Shown here in pieces: positions 8,773 to 19,300 of a DNA stretch of 64,000 bases. This stretch comes from Verrucomicrobiota bacterium (GTDB lineage: Bacteria; Verrucomicrobiota; Verrucomicrobiia; Limisphaerales; Palsa-1400): contig JBEKYR010000012.1 in assembly GCA_049510745.1 (NCBI GenBank), positions 64,001 through 128,000 of the forward strand, read 5' to 3'. The notes under the pieces are model-generated. The model saw only the letters and a program-made list of their open reading frames with translations, was not told where the DNA came from and did no database searches. Made by a program: the position numbers and the translations under genes. Numbering within the stretch: the first letter of the stretch is position 1; every line of letters begins with the position of its first letter.

Positions 8773-11496
8773 TCAAACCACGATATTTACCAGGCGTCCG
8801 GGCACAATAATGACCTTTTTGACCGGTTTGCCATCCATAAACTGCCGGACTTTCCCGCTGGCCAGGGCCGCCGCCTCAATATCGGCCTGCGGCGCCGCGG
8901 CCGGCACGACGATTTTGTCGCGGAGTTTGCCGTTGACCTGCACGGGCAATTCGAGGGTTTCCTCGGCCAGGATGGCCGGGTCAAACGCGGGCCACGGCTC
9001 ATAGGCGATAGTGGTGGCGGCTTTGGCGGAGGCCAGTTTGGCGTGGAGTTCCTCGGCCAGGTGGGGCGCAAACGGATGGAGCAAAACCAGGAACGCGCGC
9101 AAGACCGACGCCGGCTTGGTTTCCCAGGTGATGGCGTCGTTGACAAAAATCATCAGGGCGGAAATGGCGGTGTTGAAGCGGAAGCCGTCCAGGTCTTCGG
9201 TGACTTTTTTTATACAGGCGTGCAGAGTTTTGAGCTGGGTGGGCGAGGCGGGGACATCCCGGATGGCGCGGCTGAGTTCGAGCCGGGCGAGGCTTTCGGG
9301 GTCGTCGTGGCCGTGGGCGGTTTGATGCTGCTCGAAATCCGTTTCGCTTTGCTCATCGACGAACAAGCGCCAGACGCGGCCCAGGAAACGATAGACGCCC
9401 TCGACGCCCTTGGTGCTCCAGGGTTTGACCATCTCCAGAGGGCCCATGAACATTTCGTAAAGGCGGAAGGCGTCCGCGCCGTATTCGCGCAGGATGTCGT
9501 CGGGATTGACGACGTTGCCGCGGGATTTGGACATTTTCTGGCCGTCCTCGCCCAGGATGAGGCCCTGGTTGACGAGTTTGAAGAACGGCTCCGGGGTCGA
9601 GACGCAACCCAGATCGAAGAGGACATTGTGCCAGAAGCGCGAGTAAAGCAGATGGAGGACGGCGTGTTCGATGCCGCCGACGTAGAGGTCCACGCCGGGT
9701 TTGGCGGCGTCCTGGCCGGGGCCGGTTCCCATCCAATAACGCTCCGGGCCGGGGCCGCAGAATTGGGAGTCATTGCGGGCGTCGGTGAAGCGGAGGTAAT
9801 ACCAGCAACTGCCGGCCCATTGGGGCATGGTGTTGGTCTCGCGTTTGCAGCCGTCGGGCAGTTGCACCCACTGAGTGGCGCGGGCCAGGGGCGGTTCGCC
9901 GGTGGGGGCGGGCTTGAAATCGGTCAAGTCGGGCGGTGAGAGGGGCAGAGCGGATTCGGGCAGGGCTTCGTGATAAAGATTCCCGCTCGCGTCGCGCTTC
10001 CAAACAATCGGAAACGGCTCACCCCAATAACGCTGACGGCTGAAGAGCCAGTCGCGCAGTTTGTAATTGATGGTCTTGCGGCCCAGGCCGTTTTCCTCCA
10101 GCCACGCGTTGATCCTAATCTTGGCTTCGGGCGTGGGCAGGCCGGAGAGGAAAGCGGAGTTGACGCTGACGCCATCGCCGACGAAGCCGATGGAATCGGC
10201 GCCCACGGGCGCCTGGACGACCAGGCGGACGGGCAGATCGAACTTGCGGGCGAACTCCAGATCGCGGGTGTCGTGGGCGGGAACGGCCATGATGGCGCCG
10301 GTGCCGTAAGAGGCCAAAACGTAGTCGGCGATCCAGATGGGGATTTTCTCATTATTGACAGGATTGACGGCAAAGGCGCCGGTGAAGACGCCGGTTTTTT
10401 GCCGGGCCAACTCGGTGCGTTCGAGGTCGCTCTTTTTGGCCATCTCGGCTTTGTAAGCGGCAACGGCGGCGCGGTGCTCCGGCGTGGTGATGAGATCGAC
10501 CAGCTTGTGTTCGGGCGAGAGCACCATGTAGGTCGCGCCAAACAAGGTGTCCGGGCGGGTGGTGAAAACCAGGATGGTGCGGTCGGCCTGGGCGACGGCG
10601 GGAGGGGGTTCAGCGAGGCGGAAATGAACCTGCGCGCCCTCGCTGCGGCCGATCCAGTTGCGCTGCATTTCCTTGAGCGATTCGCTCCAGTCGATTTGCT
10701 CCAGGCCGCGCAGCAGGCGCTCGGCATAGGCGGTGATGCGGAGCATCCACTGGCGCATCGGTCTGCGCGTGACGGGGAAACCACCGACCTCGCTTTTGCC
10801 CTCGATGACCTCTTCGTTGGCCAGGACGGTGCCCAATTGCTCGCACCACCAGACGGGAGCTTCGCTGACGTAAGCCAGCCGCTTGCTGTCGCGGTACTGG
10901 CGGAGAGCTTCCGGGGAAGCGGCGCATTCCGGGGGGCACGGGAGGGTGTCAATGGGTTCGGCTTTGCCGGCGGCGGGATTGAACCAGGAATTGTAGAGCT
11001 TGAGGAAAATCCATTGGGTCCATTTGAAATAGCCGGGGTCGGTGGTGTCAATTTCGCGGCTCCAATCGTAGCTGAAACCGAGCGCCTTGATCTGGCGCTT
11101 GAACACGGCGATGTTGGCCTCGGTCGTCACGCGGGGATGCTGGCCGGTGCGGATGGCGTACTGCTCGGCGGGCAGGCCGAAGGCGTCCCAGCCGATGGGG
11201 TGGAGGACGTTGAAGCCGCGGGCGCGCTGGTAACGGGCCAGGATGTCGGTGGCGGTGTAGCCTTCCGGGTGGCCGACGTGCAGGCCGGCGCCGGAGGGGT
11301 AAGGGAACATGTCAAGGATATAGAATTTGCGGGGCAGGCGTTCCGCCGCAACTTGGCCCGCCAGGCCGTGGCGCCGGGCGAAGGGATGCGCCTCGGGCAG
11401 CGTGTCGCCGGGATTCCAGGCGCGGAAGATTTCGCCCGCCTCCCAGAGGCGCTGCCACTTCGGCTCGATCAAATGAAACGGATATTGTCGCCGCAT
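8773..11496 (-). CDS. leuS: Leucine--tRNA ligase
   Basis: [14 protein letters not shown] (HIGH), [31 protein letters not shown]. Start taken at MRRQYPF. Confidence 0.97.
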   Translation of the reverse strand: MRRQYPFHLIEPKWQRLWEAGEIFRAWNPGDTLPEAHPFARRHGLAGQVAAERLPRKFYILDMFPYPSGAGLHVGHPEGYTATDILARYQRARGFNVLHPIGWDAFGLPAEQYAIRTGQHPRVTTEANIAVFKRQIKALGFSYDWSREIDTTDPGYFKWTQWIFLKLYNSWFNPAAGKAEPIDTLPCPPECAASPEALRQYRDSKRLAYVSEAPVWWCEQLGTVLANEEVIEGKSEVGGFPVTRRPMRQWMLRITAYAERLLRGLEQIDWSESLKEMQRNWIGRSEGAQVHFRLAEPPPAVAQADRTILVFTTRPDTLFGATYMVLSPEHKLVDLITTPEHRAAVAAYKAEMAKKSDLERTELARQKTGVFTGAFAVNPVNNEKIPIWIADYVLASYGTGAIMAVPAHDTRDLEFARKFDLPVRLVVQAPVGADSIGFVGDGVSVNSAFLSGLPTPEAKIRINAWLEENGLGRKTINYKLRDWLFSRQRYWGEPFPIVWKRDASGNLYHEALPESALPLSPPDLTDFKPAPTGEPPLARATQWVQLPDGCKRETNTMPQWAGSCWYYLRFTDARNDSQFCGPGPERYWMGTGPGQDAAKPGVDLYVGGIEHAVLHLLYSRFWHNVLFDLGCVSTPEPFFKLVNQGLILGEDGQKMSKSRGNVVNPDDILREYGADAFRLYEMFMGPLEMVKPWSTKGVEGVYRFLGRVWRLFVDEQSETDFEQHQTAHGHDDPESLARLELSRAIRDVPASPTQLKTLHACIKKVTEDLDGFRFNTAISALMIFVNDAITWETKPASVLRAFLVLLHPFAPHLAEELHAKLASAKAATTIAYEPWPAFDPAILAEETLELPVQVNGKLRDKIVVPAAAPQADIEAAALASGKVRQFMDGKPVKKVIIVPGRLVNIVV

Positions 11497-11612
11497 AAAG
11501 AGCGCGGGGATATTGCGGAAAGCGGGGGCGCGGGGCAAGGAGTTTGGGAGGCGCCAAAGCTGAGGCACGCCCTGGCTCGCCGGCTTTATCGGCATCCTCG
11601 CAGGGGTGATCT

Positions 11613-11873
11613 TCAAATGCCTTTCAGCAGGCGTTCGTATTCGTCATGATTGCCAATCCAGAACCAATACATGACTCCGTCTTGAATTCGACCCAAGGCG
11701 CGATAGCCGGGGGATATGCGGGCCGACCAATAATGGCCTTTCTTCTCAAACCGCAAAGAAGGATGGCGCGGATTCACCAGCCACAACCGATACGCTTTGC
11801 GGGCCTGCGACCGCGCCGAAGGGGGCAGGCCTCGATAACCGGCCCAGAAATCACTGGTCGTTGATGATTTCAT
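11613..11873 (-). CDS. RelE/ParE-like toxin
   Basis: 86 aa with [21 protein letters not shown] and [14 protein letters not shown]. Confidence 0.8.
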   Translation of the reverse strand: MKSSTTSDFWAGYRGLPPSARSQARKAYRLWLVNPRHPSLRFEKKGHYWSARISPGYRALGRIQDGVMYWFWIGNHDEYERLLKGI

Positions 11874-12072
11874 CCAGCGGCTTCACGCGGCCGGCGGCAA
11901 TGTCGGTCCTGGCCTTCTCCCAGAGTTTGTCCAGCCGTCCGGCAGCGATGTCACCGTCAATCTGCTTGTCCCATGTCTCGTCAAGATACTGCTGCAACCA
12001 GCCGGCAACTTTCCTGGCGTCTTCGACTGGAAGTGTCTGCAATGCCTTTTCAATTTCAACAACCGTGCTCAT
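11851..12072 (-). CDS. Putative antitoxin
   Basis: MSTVVEIEKALQTL...WDKQIDGDIAAGRLD; overlaps the toxin start. Confidence 0.72.
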   Translation of the reverse strand: MSTVVEIEKALQTLPVEDARKVAGWLQQYLDETWDKQIDGDIAAGRLDKLWEKARTDIAAGRVKPLDEIINDQ

Positions 12073-12181
12073 GGTGGAAATATAGTGGTTGAGGCGGAAA
12101 AGTAAACAAATCAAACCCAAATCCTAACGCGGCCTTACCGCCGAGCGATGACCTATACAATTTGGATAGGAGAGCGAAGAA

Positions 12182-12230
12182 GCGGTCGGCGGGGGCGCCG
12201 ACCGCCGCACGCGAGGGCGCGCGCGCTCCC
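12182..12230 (-). repeat. 49-bp REP-like palindromic element, copy 1
   Basis: Minus strand GGGAGCGCGCGCGCCCTCGCGTGCGGCGGTCGGCGCCCCCGCCGACCGC; related to the copies at 59837 and 59925. Confidence 0.78.
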
Positions 12231-12273
12231 GGGATGTACTGCAACGGTTCTTAGGCGAGAGTTCTGGGGCGCG

Positions 12274-12936
12274 CTATTTTTTGTCGGCGGGGATGACGCC
12301 CTTGTCGATGAGCTTTTGCAATTTCGGACGGATGGTGAACTGGCAATACCCCTGGCCGGGATGGAGGTTGTAAAAGTTCTGGTGGTACTGTTCGGCCGGG
12401 TAAAACGCGGTCAGCGGCACGATTTGGGTGACGATGGGAGAGGAGAAATGGCGGGCGGCATCGGCCCGGGCTTTTTCGGCGGCGGCTTTTTGGGCCGGGG
12501 TGCTGTAAAGAATGATGGAGCGATATTGGGTGCCGACGTCGTTGCCCTGGCGGTTGAGGGTGGTCGGATCGTGCTCCTCGAAAAAGACTTCCAGAAGCTT
12601 GTCGAAGGAGATGACGGCGGGATCGAACTGAATCTGGATGACCTCGGCGTGGCCGGTCTGGCCGGTGCAGACCTCTTCATAGGAAGGATGGGGGGTCGTG
12701 CCGCCGGCAAAACCGGAAGTGACGGATTTGACGCCGGGAATGCGTTGGAAAACGGCTTCGCCGCACCAAAAGCAGCCGCCGCCGAAGGTGGCCGTTTCAA
12801 GTTTTGCGGGGGCGTTGGTGGAAACTGGCGCGGCATTCATAATGGGAACAAGGAAAAGACAACCCAGCAGCAGGCTGGCCGTCTGGAAGCATCGGGCCAG
12901 TCCGCGCGATGTCAATGCGATGCGGGAATTCTTCAT
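12274..12936 (-). CDS. msrA: Peptide-methionine (S)-S-oxide reductase, probably exported
   Basis: FGGGCFWC, GHAEVIQI, HDPTTLNRQGNDVGTQYRS, AEQYHQN; hydrophobic N-terminal leader. Start uncertain. Confidence 0.92.
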   Translation of the reverse strand: MKNSRIALTSRGLARCFQTASLLLGCLFLVPIMNAAPVSTNAPAKLETATFGGGCFWCGEAVFQRIPGVKSVTSGFAGGTTPHPSYEEVCTGQTGHAEVIQIQFDPAVISFDKLLEVFFEEHDPTTLNRQGNDVGTQYRSIILYSTPAQKAAAEKARADAARHFSSPIVTQIVPLTAFYPAEQYHQNFYNLHPGQGYCQFTIRPKLQKLIDKGVIPADKK

Positions 12937-13012
12937 GCGAACCGAGATAAGATGGCCGTCCGGCGGCAGATTTTCAATCGAATCTTCAAGAGATGTCTTC
13001 AAAAGGTGTCGC

Positions 13013-13092
13013 GTCGGCGTGTCGGCGTGTCGGCGTGTCGGCGTGTCGGCGTGTCGGCGTGTCGGCGTGTCGGCGTGTCGGCGTGTCGGCGC
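13013..13092. repeat. Tandem repeat (GTCGGCGT) x ~10
   Basis: Nine perfect 8-bp units followed by GTCGGCGC, read directly. Confidence 0.95.
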
Positions 13093-13164
13093 TGAAGGCA
13101 GTCCGGCAAGACATGCTGTCATATGACAGTATGACATTCCATATCGGGGTTTCGTTCTTTTCGC

Positions 13165-13211
13165 CATTCTGTTCAGCATTCTGTTCACCGTTCTGTTCAC
13201 CGTACGGTGAA
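13165..13211. repeat. 12-bp direct repeats ending in a perfect 16-bp palindrome
   Basis: CATTCTGTTCAG CATTCTGTTCAC CGTTCTGTTCAC, overlapping the palindrome TTCACCGTACGGTGAA (13196-13211). Confidence 0.8.
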
Positions 13212-13384
13212 TCTCGCTGCGGGACGAATTCCGCCGGCGGTGGAGAGGTCAGTGGACGCGGGGCACCGTCCCCGAATTAGGGGTTCCGTCGGCGAGATGA
13301 GGGCGGGTGTGCCTCCGGCGCCATTTGTGTCTGGCGCCATTTGTGGCTTTCCGTTCCGGGGGGAATTCGCCAGACTGGGCGGCG

Positions 13385-16300
13385 ATGAAACGCCTGTATC
13401 TGTTTTTCGGTGTCTGGTTCCTGCTCGTAGTGTTCAGGGCCGGCGCCGTGACGCCCACCATCCTCTCCCCACCGGAAAGCGTCACCGTCAACAACGCTTC
13501 GGCCGCCGCCTTCACGGTCGTGGCGACCAACGCGGCCAGCTACCAGTGGCAGTTTCCGGGCACCAACAATCTGCCCGCAGCCACCAACGCCACGCTGAGC
13601 CTGGATAATGTGACCAGCAACCAGGCGGGGAGCTACACTGTGGTCGTGACCTCGTCGGACAGCAATTCCATCAGCGCGACAGCGGTGTTGACGATTGTGC
13701 CCGGAACGATCGTCCAGTTGACCATCTCGACTTACCCGGACGGGAGCAGCAACAGTTTTTTGGTGCAGTTGTTTGACCATGACAAGCCGGCCACGGTGGA
13801 GAACTTCATTCATTACATCAGTTCCGGGGCTTATTCGAATATGTTCTTTGACCGGGACGTGACGAATTTTGTTCTGCAAGGGGGCGATTATGTCACCACC
13901 GATCGAACGAGCAATTATCTGTACGGCGGGCCAGTTTCGGCGGGGGAACCCAGTTTTCCATCGCAAGTGGATAGCGAATTGAACGTGGGGCCGCTGATTC
14001 ACAACACATTTGGCACGTTGGCCATGGCCTTGGCTACGGGAAAACCGGACTCGGCCAGCAGCGCGTTCTTCATCAGTTTGACGAACAATTCCCCGTACCT
14101 GGACACGAACAACGGCGGTTTCACCGTCTTCGGGCGGGTCATATCCAATGCCAATGTCCTGCAGTATTTCAACACCTTGAGCGCGCCGAGCAACGGGATT
14201 TTGGATTACAGTTCGAGTATTCCGACGCTGCCGGTCAATTACGACGGGACCAATACTCCGAATAACGCCAATTTATTCTACTGCGATTTTGCGTTCCAAA
14301 CCACGCCGCCGGTGGATACGAACCCGCCGACGGTTTCGATTGCCTTTCCAGCGCCGAACGCGGCCTTCACCAACGGCAGCCCGTTGACAGTGCAAGGGAC
14401 AGCGCAGGATAATGTCGGATTGGCCGAGGTGTTTTGTGTTTTGACCTCGAGCACGGGCGCCTATGGCGGCAAGAGCCAGACCAATGCCGCGCTGGGCACA
14501 ACCAATTGGTCGCTGGATCTGGTCAGTCAACTCGGAACGATTGAGCCGGGGGTTTACCAGTTGACGGCCTACGCCCAGGACGGGGCGGGCAACCTGAGCG
14601 CGCCGGCAACGGAGTATTTCACCAATCTGGCGCAATTGACCATCATCACCAACGTGGAGGGGAACCTGACAACCAACGCGCCGCAGTACCTGGTGCCGGG
14701 ACAGCAGTACTCGGTGGCGGCGGCGCCGGGACCCGGACAACAGTTTGACACTTGGCAATATCAAGGGGTGGTGTCGATTAACCCGGTGCAAACGTTGACG
14801 GTGGAATCCAACCTGACGTTGACGGTGACGTATCTATCCAACACCCTGCCCGCCGGCCTGGCCATAACTAATCCTGCCGCCGGTTCCCAGGTGCCAAGGA
14901 CCAACACCGGCCTGACCGTTAGTGGAACTCTTCCGCCGTCGGATATAGTAACGCAATTGACCTGCCAGCTTTTTTCCCAATCCAACGCCGTGACCGCCGC
15001 GAAATCCCCAAAGCTCAACGGCACCAACTGGACGCTGGCCGTAAGCAACCTTGTGGGCGGGCCTTACACGATAGTGGTTGTGGCGGAGGATTCGTCGGGC
15101 CGATTCGGATTGGTTTCGGAAAATTTCACGCTCCTCGCGCCGCCTATCATCATCTCGCAACCCTCCAGCCCGACCGTCAATAACGGTTCCGCGGCGGACT
15201 TCACCGTCGTGGCGACCAACGCGGTCGCCTACCAATGGCAGTTTGCGGGCACCAATAATCTGCCCGGAGCCACCAACGCCACCCTGGCCCTCGACGACGT
15301 GAGCACCAACCAGGAGGGTTCTTACACGGTCGTCATCACCGCCCCGGATGGCGAGACGTTGAGCAGCCAGCCGGCGGTCCTGACCGTGGTGCAAGGGACG
15401 ATTGTGCAATTGACAATCTCGACTTACCCGGATGGGAGCAGCAACAGTTTTTTGGTGGAGTTGTTTGACCATGACAAGCCGGCCACGGTGGAAAACTTCG
15501 TCCATTACATCAACTCCGGGGCGTACTCGAATATGTTCTTTGACCGGGACGTGACAAATTTTGTTTTGCAAGGGGGCGATTATGTCACCACTGATCGAAC
15601 GAACAATCATCTGTCCGGCGGGCCGGTTTCGGCGGGGGAACCCAATTTTCCGTCGCAAGTGGATAGCGAATTGAACGTGGGGCCGCTGATTCACAATACA
15701 TTTGGCACGTTGGCCATGGCCCTGGTTTCGGGAAAACCGGACTCGGCCAGCAGCGCGTTCTTCATCAGTTTGACGAACAATTCCCCGTACCTGGACACGA
15801 ACAACGGCGGTTTCACCGTTTTCGGGCGGGTCATATCCAATGCCAACGCCCTGCAGTACTTCAACACCTTGAGCGCGCCGAGCAACGGCATTTTCAATTA
15901 CAGTTCGGGTATTCCGACGCTGCCGGTTAATTACGACGGGACCGGCTTGCCCGCCAACAGTAATGTGTTCTACTGCGATTTTGTGTTCCAAACCACGCCG
16001 GTAGTCGATACGAACCCGCCGACGGTCGTGATGACCTATCCGGCGCCAAACGCGGTTTTCAGCAACGGCAGCCCGTTGACAGTGCAAGGGACAGCGCAGG
16101 ATAACATCGGATTGGCCGAGGTGTTTTGTATTTTGACCTCGAGCACGGGCGCCTATAACAACAAGAGCCAGACCAATGCCGCGCTGGGCACAACCAATTG
16201 GTCACTGAATCTGGTCAGCAAACTGGGAACCATTCAGCCGGGGGTTTACCAGTTGACAGCCTACGCCCAGGACGGGGCGGGCAACCTGAGCACGCCGGCA

Positions 16301-19300
16301 ACGGAGTATTTCACCAATCTGACGCGACTGACGATCATCACGAACGTGGAAGGGAACCGGACAACCAACGCGCCGCAGTACCTGGTGCCGGGACAACAGT
16401 ATTCCGTGACGGCGGCGCCGGGACCCGGACAAGAGTTTGACACTTGGACCTCCAACGGTGTGGCGTCGCTTAACCCGGAGCAAACGTTCACGGCGAACGG
16501 CAACCTCACTCTGATGGTGACGTATCTTTCCAACACGCTGCCCGCCGGCCTGGCCATTAGCAGTCCTGCCGCCGGTTCCCAGGTGCCACGGACCAACACC
16601 GGCCTGACCATTAGTGGAACTCTCCCGTCATCGACCACAGTGACGCAACTGACCTGCCAGCTTTTTTCCCAATCCAACGCCGTGACCGCCGCGCAATCGG
16701 CGAGCCTCAGTGGCGCCACCAACTGGTCGCTGGCCGTGAGCAATCTCGTGGGCGGCCCTTACACGATAGTGGTTGTGGCGGAGGATTCGTCGGGCCGTTT
16801 TGGATTGGTTTCGGAAGATTTCACGCTCCTCGCGCCGCCTGTCATCATCTCGCAACCCGCCAGCCTGACCGCCAATAGCGGTTCGGGGGCGGCTTTCACC
16901 GTCGTGGCGACCAACGCGGTCGCCTACCAGTGGCAGTTTCCGGGCACAAACAATCTGCCCGGCGCCACCAACGCCACCTTGACCCTTGACGACGTGAGCA
17001 CCAACCAGGCGGGTTCTTACGTGGTCGTCATCACTGCCCCGGATGGCGAGACGTTGAGCAGCCAGCCGGCGGTCCTGACCGTAGTGCAAGGGACGATTGT
17101 GCAATTGACCATCTCGACTTACCCGGACGGGAGCAGCAGCAATTTGGTGGTGGAGTTGTTTGACAATGACAAGCCGGCCACGGTGGAGAACTTCATCCAT
17201 TGCATTAAGTACGGGGCGTACTCGAATATGTTCTTCGACCTGGATAAGGCCGGGTTTATTCTGCAAGGAGGGACTGACGGCGCCGTGGACCGCACGAATT
17301 CCACTCCCGGTCTGACCGGGTGGGGCATCTATAGTCAGTACATCGCGGGAAACACTAATTTTCCGTCGCAAGTCGATAGCGAATTCAAGGTGGGGCCGTT
17401 GCTGCACAATACATTTGGCACGCTGGCCATGAGCTTGACTACCGGAAAGCCGGACTCGGCCTCAAGCTCGTTCCTCATTAATTTGGCGGACAATTCGGCG
17501 AACCTCGATTATCAAAACGGCGGCTTCACCGTTTTCGGGCGGGTCATATCCAACGCCAACGTCCTGCAGTATTTCAACACCTTGAGCGCGCCGAGCAATG
17601 GCATTTCCAGCAATGTCATCACAGGTTTTGCGGCGCTGCCCGTCAATTACGACGGGACCAACGAACCCGCCAACAGCAACCTGTTCTTCTGCGATTTCAA
17701 GTTCCTGACACCGCCGCCGGTGGATACAAGCCCGCCGACGGTCGCGATTGCTTTTCCGGCGCCGAACGCGGTTTTCACCAACGGCAGTCCGTTGACCGTG
17801 CAAGGGACGGCGCACGACGATGTCGGATTGGCCGAGGTGTTCTGTGTTTTGACCTCGAGCACGGGCGCTTATGGTAACAAGAGCCTGACCAATGCCGCGC
17901 TGGGCACAACCAACTGGTCGCTGAATCCGGCCAGTCAACTCGGAACCATCGAGCCGGGGGTTTACCAGTTGACGGCCTACGCCCAGGACGGGGCGGGAAA
18001 TCTGAGCGCGCCGGCGGCGATTCAGTTCTTCACCAATCTGACGCGACTGACGATCATAACGAACGTTGCCGGCCACCTGACAACCAATGCGCCGCAGTAC
18101 CTGGTGCCGGGACAGCAGTATTCCGTGACGGCGGCGCCCGGAGCGGGACAACAGTTTTACAGTTGGACCTCCAACGGGGTGACGTCGATCAACCCGGAGC
18201 AAACGTTCACGGCGAACGGCAACCTCACGCTGACGGTGACATATCTCTCGAACAATCTTGCGGCAGGCGTGACCATTACAAACCCCGTGACCGGCACGCA
18301 GGCTTTCGCCATCCAGTCGCTGCTGACGGTGAGCGGCACCCTATTTTCTTCGAGCACGGTCACGCAACTGACCTGCCAGTTTTTTGTCAACTCCAATTCC
18401 ATCTCGACCGCGCAGCCCGTCAACCTCGCCGGCACAAACTGGTCGCTGGCCGTGACCAATTTGGGCAACGGCGCCTACACGGTGGTGGCTGTGGCGAGCG
18501 ACACGGCGGGCGACACGTTTTTCGCCGCGGCCAACTTCACGCTGCTGAACGTGGAGCAATTGACACTCAACGTCGTCGGAGGGGGAACCATCGCCAGCAA
18601 TCCGGGACCCTACGTTGTGCCCGGCACCTACACAGTCAAGGCGGTGCCCAACGCCGGGCAGGTCTTTTACAGTTGGAGCGACGGAGTCACCACCACGCTG
18701 AACCCTTCCAAGAAGTTTACGGTCGTGTCGAACCTGACGCTGACGGCGACGTTCGCCGGCGAGGACAAGTCGTTGAAGGGCATCGCGTTCACCTATCCAT
18801 CGGCGAACGCCAACGTGCCCAGTAATACATTCAACCGGGTGGAGGTAAAAGCTCCGGCATCGCTGAGTGTCACGCAGATGACGTGCCAGTTTTTTTTGCA
18901 ATCCAACGGCGTCACGGCATCGCCTCAATTCCTGAACTTCGATGCCGCCACCAAAAAATGGACGTTGCCCGTGACCAATTTCACGCCGGGGCCTTATGTG
19001 GTCATGGCAGTGGCGTATGACAAGGAGGGCAAGAGCAGGCTGGTGTCGGAGAAGTTTAATCTGCTGGCGAAGCTGGCGGTCGGCGTCCAGGGCAAAGGGA
19101 CCGTGACCGCCGGCTTGAACGGGAAGTACCTGCAGGTCGGCAAGAGCTACCGTATTTCCGCCACGCCGACCGCGGGGGAGGTGTTTGCGTTCTGGACCGG
19201 CGCGGTGGCAAACTCAAACAGCCCGGCGACCACGTTTGTCATGTCAAGCAATACGGTGTTGACGGCGACTTTTACAAACAACCCGTTTCCGTCGGTGGCA

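Noticed and set aside
13013..13092. Possible CRISPR array
   Set aside because: Contiguous 8-bp units with no spacers, and no cas genes in the window.
12937..13200. N-terminal extension of msrA with (TPTRRHAD)n repeats, and plus-strand (VGVSACRR)n ORFs
   Set aside because: These are translations of the 8-bp DNA repeat; a plausible signal-bearing start lies at or after 12936.
13454..18546. Diversity-generating retroelement (template/variable repeat)
   Set aside because: The repeats are in-frame ~1.7-kb domain duplications, differences are not confined to adenines, and no reverse transcriptase is present.
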